A DNA stretch of 64,000 nucleotides, taken from Antedon mediterranea (taxonomy: Eukaryota > Animalia > Echinodermata). Position numbers and translations under genes: made by a program. A model generated the notes under the pieces. It saw only the letters and a list, made by a program, of their open reading frames with translations. It made no database searches and was not told the DNA's origin. The stretch is from the NCBI RefSeq assembly GCF_964355755.1, contig NC_092672.1:18861237-18925236 (forward strand). Direction: 5' to 3'. The number at the start of each line of letters is the position of its first letter. The first letter of the stretch is position 1. This document shows, piece by piece, positions 11,694 to 23,149 of this stretch.

Positions 11694-12520
11694 ACTAGAA
11701 AGTCACTCCGAGAGTGCATACCCCCGTCTACTGTAAAATGGTTATGTAACCAGCCTTTCAACTAAAAATAGATTCTGTTGACTAAAAATAGAACAGCAAC
11801 GCCAAAAACAAACGGGTGAATTTAAAAAGAAATAGTTTATTTAAACTACTCGTAGCAAAAAACCCTGTAATTTAAATCAATTTATGTTTTAAAATTTCAA
11901 ATCACAAATTATAACTCTTGCCTCTTGTACAAAAAGTTTTTTGGACACAAGTAAAAAAGGTAAAGGTGAGTCCCGTATTCTCTGAACGTAGGGGAATGAG
12001 CTGTTAGGAGCTCATTGTACTAAGCCTCGGCATTATGTGGTAGGGTGGCCAGTTCCTTTCCACGCCGCCTTTTTTCTCCCTAGTATTTTTCAACCAGGTA
12101 CTCATTTACAGCTGAGTGGACTGGGAGTTGTCGGGAATTGAACCCGGGTCTATCTGTATGACAGTCAAGTGTCCTAACCACTCGGCTATCAACAACTCCT
12201 TTGGACAAGTAGTTCTCGAAAAAAGGCAATTTCAGTTTAATTGTTACTTTCAGACTGCTCGTCGGCATTTGAAAATGATGTCCTATCTTTTAACACTAGC
12301 AGGTCTGAAAATAATACTAAAAAGTGGTCCAAAATTGGGACCGTAGTCCGGATTGCCTCCAAAATTCTTGACCACATAATTATCAGTATTTTCATTTTGG
12401 TAAAGATCTTGTAATTACTTTTTGAGTAATTCTGCTAACAAACAAACAAACGCGATCGATTACCTATACCCCTCTTGGCGGAGGTAAACGATCGATTACA
12501 TACCTCTTTGGCGGAGGTAA
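11694..12520 (+). mobile_element. Helentron-associated (HINE/DINE-1-like) non-autonomous element, interrupted by a SINE
   Basis: Starts ACTAGAAA plus hairpin cactccgagagtg. Ends with a (CAAA)n microsatellite and ttggcggaggtaa, complementary to the 5' subterminal tacctccgcc seen in other copies. Related copies at 29908-30290, 37977-38460 and 62755-63240. Confidence 0.65.
11954..12199 (-). mobile_element. tRNA-derived SINE
   Basis: Minus strand: A-box tagccgagtgg, B-box ggttcaattcc, core gtccactcagctgtaaatgagtacc, (ACCTTT)n tail. Flanked by approximate TSD tttggac(ac)aagta. Confidence 0.8.
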
Positions 12521-13801
12521 CTTAATGAAAATCTAAAACGCATGTGTACAATGTATGTTGTTTCTTTCGCCCTTTCACGTTGAAGTTTCTGGGGATCTCC
12601 AAGCTACAAAAATGTGCATAAAATAAGCAGTTTCTGAGAAATTATAAAAATGAAAAAATATGAGAAAATATCGAAAATGCGCTGTATAATTTCAAAGCCA
12701 ATTTAAAAAAAAATTACGTTAACTAGAGGGTGAGGTCGCTTCGCTCGCTCCCCTCTAGGAAGTGTAGACGATGATTCTCGGAATGATAATGTTCCATTAT
12801 TGAAAATGTTTGACATTCGTAAAACTAAACTACTCTTTGGCTTAAATGGCTATGACTAATGGCCAAATTAAGCTCCAGTTCTAGTATCTGTTTTTTTTCT
12901 GCTGTCTTCCAAAGGGACACTGTATTGATTGATGGAAAGTGCCTGTTTCCAGTCACCTTTAGGGTCAAATCTATTACTTTAACTGCTCCCTTGTGTATAA
13001 AAGAGAGAAAATAGTTGAAACCAGGTTGTTGCAAGGTGAACTCATCGTAAACCCTAAAATTACTTTGACCGCGAAGAATTGAAATTGAGCTGAAAATCTA
13101 CTGTTGAAATAATAAATTTTGTTAAAAAACTCTTTATAATATTTTCCTAAGATAGAAATATGGAACAATAGCGTCGAACTGAAAACTAATGTTATCAAAT
13201 CTACGTTTCGCGGTACATCTGAGAAGTGTTTCCATTGTGCTCGCCTATGTCAGAATTAACCATAATTTATATATAGAGTACGCAAAAAATTAATGGGTCA
13301 ACCTCTCACTTTCGAAGACTCATATCGAAGAACATATTTATGTAATATTATTTGGAACTTAAATCTATTTCTTTACAATTTTTCTTTATCTTTACGATTA
13401 AAAACGCATTGTATGTTTTTTTTTTTAAATTACATGGAAATGAATAGGGAAACATATGTGTAATTATAGCCTTTTTTTGATGTTTTTCATAATAACCATG
13501 TAGCCTATAAAAAGATATAAAAGAACCTTCGAATAAGGTAAAAGTAATGTTTATTTTGAACTGAATAAAATAAACATTTGAATGTTGTTTTCCACACAGT
13601 ATTTACAATATTTCAAACTGACAAATTTAAGTATTATTTAATTTCAAAGACACTTAAGTACGTGTAACAATTTGTTATATTGATGTGTCCTTTCTGAATA
13701 CCAGTACTTTATAAAATGCAGGGCATACGCTATTTATTACCTCTTACATAGGTGAGCAATGAGGAAATCTATTATAGTTTTGAACTATTGAACATTTCAA
13801 C

Positions 13802-15157
13802 ATGGAAAGAAACGTTTTATTTTTTCTCTTAGTAAATAATTTTGCAATGTTTTGTTTACACCATTGTAAGGCTACGATTGGATTTAAAGATCAGCCTTCT
13901 GACGCTCGCGTGGATCTTGGAAAGGATCACACCTTTTCCTGTATAGTTAATGGCATGGATAATCAACAAAATTTGGCTTGGTTAAAAGATGGAGTACTAA
14001 TACGAACTCAAGAAGATGATAATAGAATAACAATTGGATATAGCAACATCATCAAGATTGGAAAATTAACAACTTTGACTTTAAATAACCTTTTAAAATC
14101 TGACAGGGGACGTTATCAATGTGTCGTTATATCAACTGAAACAAATTCAGTAGAGGAACGTTCATTGGAGGCTATACTTACAGTGTTATCTCAACCGTCA
14201 TCGATATATCCACTGTGTTCTGGACATGAAGATAACATTGCCATTGGATCAGTTATAACAATTTCTTGTATTTCAGAACGTGTTGAACCTCCTGTAAATT
14301 TAACAATTTCTCGTAACATGAATATAGTTAAAAATGGTGTCTCGTTTGTAGAAAATGAAAAGTTACAAATGCTATTAAAAACAAGAAAAGAAGATAATCG
14401 AGCTATTTTCACATGCCATCAGACTTCACCACTAGCTCCCGAATCAGAATCTACGTGTTCTATTGGCCCGTTAAATGTTCAATATAAACCAGAAATACAG
14501 CTTCAATACACCAATCCTGTTATATCAGAAAGGGAGACAATTTTATTTTGTCAGACATCGTCTAACCCACCTGTTGGGACTTATAATTGGAAAATTGAAC
14601 CAAACTTTGCAAAAAGTGACTACAGTATTGATGAAACTGGACAGGTACTAAAACTAATCAAACCTTCGATAGTGCACAACGGAACAAATATTACATGCAC
14701 CGCTGTAAATAAAATCGGTAAATCATCATCAACCGTTACGATATTAGTTGAATCTCCGAATATTTTAAAAAGTAATGAGCAAAATGGCAAACTACGAAAT
14801 CAAAATTCAGGTAATAACATGACTGGAAAAAAATTATCATTGGATGTTATCATCGTAATCGCTTCTGGTGTTGTTATCATTATTGTACTTGTTGTTCTGG
14901 TTCCCGTATATCATTATTGTTTGTGTGGTAATGATAACACTATTATAGTTGATTCTTTAGGAAAAGAAGTAACTCAACCTGAAGTGTATTATGAGACAAG
15001 AGAGGGAGTTATTTTAAGATATACAGTACAAGATCGTTCATTACCTCGTGTACCTACTACAGAAGTATATGGTCATTGGAGACACTCAACAGCTTCACAG
15101 GTTCCTAACGACCTTGAATCGCATAGTTATACTTACATTGATACAGAAAATGATTGA
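13802..15157 (+). CDS. G4: 3-Ig type-I membrane receptor (subfamily C)
   Basis: 451 aa ORF with signal peptide, three Ig domains (WLKDG..DRGRYQC), TM and shared tail. Confidence 0.92.
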   Translation: MERNVLFFLLVNNFAMFCLHHCKATIGFKDQPSDARVDLGKDHTFSCIVNGMDNQQNLAWLKDGVLIRTQEDDNRITIGYSNIIKIGKLTTLTLNNLLKSDRGRYQCVVISTETNSVEERSLEAILTVLSQPSSIYPLCSGHEDNIAIGSVITISCISERVEPPVNLTISRNMNIVKNGVSFVENEKLQMLLKTRKEDNRAIFTCHQTSPLAPESESTCSIGPLNVQYKPEIQLQYTNPVISERETILFCQTSSNPPVGTYNWKIEPNFAKSDYSIDETGQVLKLIKPSIVHNGTNITCTAVNKIGKSSSTVTILVESPNILKSNEQNGKLRNQNSGNNMTGKKLSLDVIIVIASGVVIIIVLVVLVPVYHYCLCGNDNTIIVDSLGKEVTQPEVYYETREGVILRYTVQDRSLPRVPTTEVYGHWRHSTASQVPNDLESHSYTYIDTEND

Positions 15158-15990
15158 GTAGTACTGTACCTATGAACTTTGTTTCAGCTGATAACATTTA
15201 TATTTTGCTATAATTATTATTAACCAAATGATTATTGTTGTGTTTTTTTATCTGTATTTATTAATTCAATAAACAGTGATTCCTAAGATAGATAAACACG
15301 ATATTTTACAGTGGGATTTTTACAAATAAATACACAAACACCCAATACATGTAATGTAAAATAATTGTAAGTTGGGCAGTTGTTATTCAACCAGGTTACC
15401 AACATTTGGTTGTACTCAAATCGTCAGAATGAATAAACGACTTCTAATCTTTTAGTGTTGATTTAAATTCTCCCAACTTTTAGGCAAGTGCAGATTTAAA
15501 ATTTGAGTGAATTTGTACAAAAACCTATCCATGCCACTTGAGTATAAAAAATGCCGATATGGTAGGTCTAAATATCAATATCATATTATGTCGAAACCAT
15601 GAATGACTTGTAATAGAACAATGATTCATTTGAAGAGAACGAAAAAATATGCTTTAATTTGAACGCAGCACAACTCGGATATGTGACGGGAAAATTATTA
15701 CTATAATCTTAAAGATATTTTAATAATTTCCTATGTTTTAGCTGATTAACTATTTACAAACCAACATCATAATCTAAGGTCAACAGGGAAAAAAATGTTT
15801 AACCTCATACAATGTTTGCCCATTAAAATATAGCGTTTATTTATAAGTGTCTAATATTTCAATAAATTATTATAATATTATAAAAACAGTTATTATTAAC
15901 TACCATCCGAAAGGAACAACTTTATGAACGAAATTAGATATATGTTTTATAGTTTCAAAAATTCAAAATAGTATTTTAAAGAAAATTAGA

Positions 15991-16009
15991 AAACGAGAAA
16001 CATAACTTT
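15991..16009 (+). promoter_or_regulatory. Conserved upstream element of the Ig genes (AAACGAGAAACAYAACTT)
   Basis: Same motif at 19693, 26126, 32890, 41066, 43251 and 51747; variants at 6922, 9344, 13657, 23006 and 3322. Always ~110-155 bp upstream of the ATG. Function is inferred. Confidence 0.55.
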
Positions 16010-16126
16010 TAATATATTGATACAATGTCTTAATCGGTACTGTAAAGGCACTTATATAATAGTTACATTTCTCATTTTAAACCTGATAGTGTATCTGTAT
16101 GTATGAAAAGGTAAACTACATTAGCA

Positions 16127-17476
16127 ATGGTTTTTTTATTGAGTATTAAGTTGTTTGTGATAACGTTTATTGTGGTCCGTGGTGATTTAATTAAATTTAT
16201 AGATGAACCTTTAAATGGATATGTTGATATTGGAAAGGACCACTCTTTGACTTGTGTTGTTAGCGGGTTAATTAATGAAGAACTTACATGGCATAAAAAT
16301 GGCGTACAGTTACTTTTTGAGGACGAAGACGTTAAATTACACATTTCTAAAACCAACAATGAAATATCAATCGGAAATATTACAACATTGGCTGTTTTAA
16401 ATGCTTTACGAAGTGATACCGGTTTATACCAATGTGTTGTTATATCATTGGAATCTGGAATAATTTTGAAAAAGTCGCGTAAAGCGGAATTAATTGTGCG
16501 TTCTTTTCCTTCTCCACAGTATCCCATTTGTCATCAACCTAGAGCTGACATTCCCTTGGGATCTACTATATCAATGTCATGTGTTTCTGAGAAAGTTAAC
16601 CCACCTGTAACTCTACAATTCATACGTAATTCTCAAAGTTTAAACGCTGGAACGATAAAACAAGAAATTGAAAAGTTTGTAAAATTTCGGCTTAAATTAA
16701 ACGCGACGAAAGATGACAATGGAGCTGTTTACGAATGTCACCAGTATTCATCATTTGATTCAAGTTATCGCAAATCATGTTCAATGAAACCTCTGAATAT
16801 ACAATATAAACCTGAGATTAAGATACAACACACTAATCCAGTGTTACCTGGACGAGAGACGATTCTGTTCTGCCAAACGTTTGCTAATCCACCTGTCTCA
16901 CAATACCGTTGGACATTAGTGCCTCCAATAAAAGATGAAGATATTATTGTTGACAAAACTGGACAAACATTAAAACTTGTGCGACCTTTAATTGAACAAA
17001 GTAGAACCAATATAACATGTACTGCTACTAATGAAATTGGACAGGTATCATCGTCTGTAGTATTAACAGTTTGAAATACTATCATTAACTCAGATAATTC
17101 GTACGAACCATCGAGTAATACAAACTTAAATAATTCCCAGAAAGAAATAAATTTATCATTAGATGTTGTTATCATCATCGCTGCTGGTGTTGTTATCATT
17201 ATTGTACTTGTTGTTCTGGTTCCAGTATATCATTATTGTTTGTGTCGTAATGATAACACTACAATAGTTGATTCTTTAGGAAAAGAGGTAACTCAACCGG
17301 AAGTATATTATGAGGCAAGAGAGGGAGTTATTTTAAGACATACAGTTCAAGATCGTTCATTACCTCGTGTACCTACTACAGAAGTATATGGTCATTGGAG
17401 ACACTCAACAGCTTCACAGGTTCCTAATGATCTTGAATCGCATAGTTATACTTATATTGACACAGAAAATGATTGA
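16127..17476 (+). CDS. G5: subfamily D member with an in-frame TGA at 17072-17074 (secreted 315 aa 3-Ig protein or young pseudogene)
   Basis: TCA(Ser) in paralogs is TGA here, directly after Ig3 (VVLTV*). The frame continues intact through stalk, TM and tail to 17476. Confidence 0.8.
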
Positions 17477-17577
17477 TATCGGGGTATTATTATAATTATT
17501 ATTCTTTATTGACTGGGAATAACATTGTCCAGCATAGCACACAAACAGGACAGTAAGCATAACAAAGTCATATACAT

Positions 17578-17666
17578 GGCTGCAGTCGCGTGCTCAAATT
17601 TGAGTTAGTGTTTACCGACCAACCGACCGACCGACCAACCGACCAACATAGTGAGTTGTAGAGTCT
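17578..17666 (+). repeat. Short repeat with (CCGA)n microsatellite, HINE-like; inverted relatives at ~31040-31130 and ~39210-39300
   Basis: gagttagtgtttaccgaccaaccgaccgacc...catagtgag matches the reverse complement of ctcactatgtcggtcggttggtcggtcgttcggtaaacactaact. Confidence 0.55.
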
Positions 17667-18707
17667 AAAATAGCACTTATATATAGCAATAATATTTTCA
17701 CTAATTTTACCTAGTTTCTGTTTTTTTTTCAATTTCACACTCTGATTATCACTGCCTTTACGGAAGGGAGTGGTCTGTGATCAGTGTTCGTTGAGCATCA
17801 CCAAGATCTGGATTCGAAGTATCGTCATCATTTGAATGTTGTGCAATTGTGGTGAATGTATCACAAATGCTTTAATATTTTTATGCCCATTTAAGTATTC
17901 CAGGCATTGGTATTTTATACATTTTACATTCATAGTTTATGCACAGTATTCATCTTAAACCGGATATTACTAGTGGCAAAACATACCCTTAGATAAATTT
18001 TAATGAAAGTCTTTGACCTTGGGCAATACTTTTATACTTTTAAGTGTATTGTATGTTTTAAAGAATGACTCATGTTGCAATAAATTTCTCGACAGAATAG
18101 GATCTCGTCCATCTACTAGGAAAATTGTTGATTGGATGTCTAAATTTGGAAAAAATATTAGACTCACTGGGATTTCTCACCAAATCCTCAATTTGTGAGT
18201 TTAGTTAGGTTCAGAACAAATTTCCTATGGAACTTCTTCCGATGAATTACCTGGTTGGAGTTTCTTATGGAGACACACCTAGACAATTCTCTAGTTCTGT
18301 TCTGACCACAGAGAAAAGGCATATCCAAGTTTTAGGAATACTCACTATAGGTATCCAATCAAAACAGAATGTCAACCAACATCTAAATCGTTAGTTTTAG
18401 ACTCTAGTTTCAATGTACAGGGTCACCATTGTACTAAAGGTTGTAAAACCTAAAAAACTAGATCTATGTCTAGGCTTCGCAGATTACTGACCGAGGATTG
18501 TTTCAGTAACTCTGTTAGTAGCTCTAGTCTGATGGACTACAGCTCTAGTAATAATGAGAGTAGTACAAGTGACAAAATAGTGATCAGGATAGGGCTTATA
18601 GTAATATAGTATAGTAATATAGTAATATTCTACGAGTACCATTCAATCCAAAAGACGACACTCGCATAGGCATTCCCACCGATCACAAAAACCTAAAATC
18701 ACAACAT

Positions 18708-18818
18708 TTACCTCGTGTATCTACTAAAGAAGTATATGGTCATTGAAGACACTCAACAGCTTCACAGGTTCCTAATGATCTTGAATTACATAGTTTTACT
18801 TATATTGATAAATATTGA
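18708..18818 (+). pseudogene. Orphan fragment of the constant cytoplasmic tail
   Basis: ttacctcgtgtatctactaaagaagtatatggtcattgaagacactcaacagc... reads LPRV.T.EVYGH*RHSTASQVPNDLE (TGG>TGA). Confidence 0.85.
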
Positions 18819-19059
18819 TATACCAAGGCACCTAGCAATCATTTCTATTTTCAATAAACAGCAGATATCTTATGAATAGATAGCTTAGTATCTCCTTTAT
18901 GTAGTTATGTTTTCTGTTGGTACATACTTTCAAAAACATTATGCACCATTGCAATCATTGTTAATAAACATACGTCATAGATTGTTATCTTTAAATACCT
19001 TACTTATTATATTTTAATTCAACAGCCACAATGTAAAAATAGTAATAGTTTTTCAATCT

Positions 19060-19640
19060 TCTGCATGGTTATTTACCTGTTCTTAAGAAAACGGTACAGT
19101 AAAATGACAATATTATTTGTTAACAGTAATTCTTACCTTCTTGTGTTGAAGCTATTAGTTTATATATGAAAGAGAATCATTCTTTTTCGTTGTATTGTTA
19201 GTGGATTAAAGAATAAAAATCTTACATGGTTTGAAAATGGTGGACAGATATATATCAATGAAGAAGAATGACAAATGTCTGTAATCCACAGAAATTCATT
19301 CGAAAATTTAACTACCTTTGTTACTATAGATGCATTTTTATCAATGCGCTCTTATGTCATTGGAATCTGGAAGAGTATTGTAAAGTTCACGTAAAACGGA
19401 ATTACTGGTGTGTTCACTACCTTCATTGGTCGTCAATCAAAAGGTAACATTATCTTAGGTTCTACAAAATGTTTCTGAAAACGTTACCACCTCCCCCTCC
19501 CTGTAATTTTACAATTTACTAGTAATTATCAAAATGTAAACTCTAGAATATCAACTGCAGAGACAGAAACTTAGTAGAAGTTCAATTTAAATTGAACGCA
19601 AACAAATATGAAAATTGAGCTACTGTATATACGAATGTCA
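19060..19640 (+). pseudogene. Decayed 5' copy (leader, Ig1, Ig2) of a subfamily D gene, most like G9
   Basis: Leader aagaaaacggtacagtaaaatg, then cttacatggtttgaaaatggtggacagatatat (LTWFENGGQIY), cctgtaattttacaatttac and tacgaatgtca; many indels and stops. Confidence 0.8.
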
Positions 19641-19842
19641 TAGATTCGAGATACTTTGTCAGATCTGACTATGAAAAACAGATTTGAAATGTAAACGAGA
19701 AACACAACTTTGTTATATATTGGCACAGCGTCATAACGGTAGGCTACTGACAATATTCTTGTTACTGGTACTGATATAAAAAATAGAACTATAATTGTCT
19801 ACCGTACCATTTATCTGCAAGTAAATAATAAAATAAATTGAT

Positions 19843-21183
19843 ATGGTGTTACCATTGAGTCTTACGCTTACATTTTTTTTGGTTGTTTGTGACGCGTTTT
19901 TTCAGTTTATAGATGAACCTTCGAACGGACAAGTTGATCTAGGAAAAGACCATTCTTTGTCATGTGTTGTTAGTGGCTTATTGACTGAGCAGCTTACTTG
20001 GGTTAAAGATGGTAATCGAATACTTTTCAATAACGAAGAAGAATCACGGATATCTAAAGGTAATAGTGAAATATCAACTGGAAATTTGACAACATTGGTT
20101 ATTGACAATACATTGCGAAGTGATGCAGGTTTTTATCAATGCGTTGTTATATCGATGGAATCTGGAAGGATATTGAAAACATCACGTAACGCGGAATTAA
20201 TTGTGCGTTCTTTACCTTCTTCAAAGTATCCACTTTGTTATCAATCAAAATCTGACATTCTTTTAGGATCTGTAATTTCAATGTCATGTGTTTCAGAGAA
20301 AGTTACCCCACATGTAACTTTAAAAATTACGCGTAATTCTCAAAATATAAATTCTGGAATGCCAACACCAGGAACAGGGAACATGGTGACAGTTCAACTT
20401 ACATTAAACGCAACGAAAAGAGACAATGGAGCAGTATACGAATGTCACCAGCATTCATCATTTGATTCAAATTATCAGAAATCATGTTCAATGAAACCTC
20501 TGAATATACAATATAAACCTGAGATAAAGATACAACACACTAATCCAGTGTTACCTGGACGAGAGACGATTCTATTCTGCCAAACTTTTGCTAATCCACC
20601 TGTCTCACAATACCATTGGAAATTAGTGCCTCCAATAAAAGATGAAGATATTTTTGCTGACAAAACTGGACAAACATTAAAACTGTTACGACCTTCAATA
20701 AAACATAGTGGAACAAATATAACATGTACTGCTACTAATGAAATTGGACAGATATCATCGTCTGTAGTATTAACAGTTTCTAATACTATAATTAACTCAG
20801 ATAATTCGTATGAACCATCGAGTAATACAAACTTACACAATCCTGAGAAAGGAATAAGTTTATCATTAGATGTTGTTATTATCATCGTTGCTGGTGTTGT
20901 TATTATTATTGTACTTGTTGTTCTGGTTCCCGTATATCATTATTGTTTGTGTCGTAATGATAACACTACAATAGTTGATTCTTTAGGAAAAGAAGTAACT
21001 CAACCGGAAGTATATTATGAGACAAGAGAGGGAGTTATTTTAAGACATACAGTACAAGATCGTTCATTACCTCGTGTACCTACTACAGAAGTATATGGTC
21101 ATTGGAGACATTCAACAGCTTCACAGGTTCCTAATGATCTTGAATCACATAGTTATACTTATATTGACACTGAAAATGATTGA
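19843..21183 (+). CDS. G6: 3-Ig type-I membrane receptor (subfamily D)
   Basis: 446 aa ORF, same architecture and tail. Confidence 0.92.
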   Translation: MVLPLSLTLTFFLVVCDAFFQFIDEPSNGQVDLGKDHSLSCVVSGLLTEQLTWVKDGNRILFNNEEESRISKGNSEISTGNLTTLVIDNTLRSDAGFYQCVVISMESGRILKTSRNAELIVRSLPSSKYPLCYQSKSDILLGSVISMSCVSEKVTPHVTLKITRNSQNINSGMPTPGTGNMVTVQLTLNATKRDNGAVYECHQHSSFDSNYQKSCSMKPLNIQYKPEIKIQHTNPVLPGRETILFCQTFANPPVSQYHWKLVPPIKDEDIFADKTGQTLKLLRPSIKHSGTNITCTATNEIGQISSSVVLTVSNTIINSDNSYEPSSNTNLHNPEKGISLSLDVVIIIVAGVVIIIVLVVLVPVYHYCLCRNDNTTIVDSLGKEVTQPEVYYETREGVILRHTVQDRSLPRVPTTEVYGHWRHSTASQVPNDLESHSYTYIDTEND

Positions 21184-21620
21184 TATCGGGGTTTATGGCC
21201 CGATCTAAGATCAAATTTTCTTCAATTGATACGATAGATGAAATAAATAACATTTAAGCATCATTCTAAAGAAAAATTTAGTAAGTATTAATAAATGTTC
21301 TATTAATTTGATATTGTTAATTACTTTAACGCAATAGGCCTATTCAAATTGGATTTAATTATCCTCCGTGTAGATATCTCTGATGTCGAGGACCATAGTA
21401 TGCTTTGATAATTACACGTTTTCACCTAATTGTGGTAACGAAGTAATGCTAATCCTTTTCTTTGTAATCATATTGTCAGTTTGTAGAGCCATGTCATGTC
21501 ATGTCATGAATAGTTAACAATGTGTATAATAAGGTATTATGCAGGTATGTATTATGTATCAAAGAATAATGACATACGGTTTTGCAGGCAATCGTCATTA
21601 CTTTTCAAGTAGTTTTAAGA

Positions 21621-22255
21621 ATGAGTTCCATTTTAATTCTTTTTATTATATTATTGTCGCATTTGGAAAATTGTAAAGGAATATTTACAACAGAGCCTTT
21701 AGATGAAACCGTTAAAAAGGAAAAAATCATTGGTTTCTCTGTGTTGCTGATGGAATTGAAAGTGATCAATCACTGCAATGGTTTCAAAATGGAAAAAGGT
21801 TGAACGAAAAACCAAGAATAACTATTCAGAATAATGAAAGTGGGACATATTATTATATAAACCAGATAGTACGCTAGTCCAGCACTGCCAGGTCGTGAGA
21901 CAATTGTATTTTGTCAAACCTCTTCAAATCCACCTGTAACCTTGTACCGCTGGTTATTTGATACGCAACTGTCTGAATACAAAATAGGATGTATCTGGAA
22001 AAAATTTAAAACTATTAAATCCAATCCATTAGATCCAGCAAACTGGAACTAATATAACCTATGTTGCCACAAACGAAGTAGGTTACGGGTCATCATCTAT
22101 AAATTTGCATGTGTCATATAACCAGGTGGATAATATGGATCGACGACAGGTGATGGAAATCGTAACGAATTTCAAGTAACAAACACGATATTGGTTTGTC
22201 ATTGGATGTAATCTTAATAATGATAATAATAATCCGACTTTCTGTAGAATGATTA
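21621..22255 (+). pseudogene. Pseudogene of subfamily B (G2-type 5' end, G3-type 3' flank)
   Basis: G2-like signal peptide, frameshift near 21720, deletion of late Ig1 plus Ig2 at ~21848, decayed Ig3 and stalk. TM and tail are missing after LSLDVI. The 3' flank matches 10830-11050. Confidence 0.85.
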
Positions 22256-23149
22256 AAATGCAACAATTGTTTTTTCTAATCATTAGTAATGATTAAAAAA
22301 TATCATTTTAACAAATAAAACAATGTATTTGTCAGATGTTTTTCAATACTCCGACGTACAGTAATTTCACTAAATATACTCAGTACATGTACTGACTATC
22401 CAATACTGTTACGAAAGAGTTTGGCAACACTTCTAACCGTACTAATTGATTAATAATCTGCTTCGAGTTTTTGTAGACTGAAAAAAGATAAATATTTTGG
22501 TACATTACATATGGCGTTTCACACGTATACTACTTGAGCTTGGATATTTGACAAAAATCGAAATAAAAACAAATAAATAAAAAAAAAAGACAATGAATAC
22601 AGACATGAGGCAAGTCTAACGAAGACTCTGAAAACATATTTATAGAATATTTGTTAAGCTTAAATCTAATTCTTTACGATTTTTTTAAAACGTATCGATT
22701 TTGGCAATTACATGGAAATGAATAGGGAAACATGTGTGTAATTATAGCTATCCCCCAAATGGCATTTTTTTGATGTTTTTCATAATAACCATGTAGCCTA
22801 TAAAAAATATTTAAAAACCTTGAAAATAGGTAAAAGTAATGTTTATTTTGAACTGAATAAAATAAACATTTAAATGTTGTTTTCCACTTCCACATTAAGG
22901 TAATAATCTGAAAAACATCAAAAGATGTCGTGGCCTTGAATATCACAATAGTTACAATATTACAAACTGACAAATTTAAGTATTATTTAATTTCAAAGAC
23001 ATTTAAGTACGTGTAACATTTTTATTTATTGTTGTGTCCTTTCGGAATACCAGTACTTTATAAAATACAGGGCATACGCTATTTATTACCTCTTACATAG
23101 GTAAGAAATGCGCAAATCTTTTATAGCTTGAACTTTTGAACATTTCAAA

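Noticed and set aside
16765-17199. Recurrent 121-144 aa antisense ORFs over Ig3/stalk (also 20475, 26907, 33669, 41837, 44032, 52492)
   Set aside because: Shadow frames of a homogenised sense CDS; recurrence follows from paralog identity, starts vary and no domain is recognisable.
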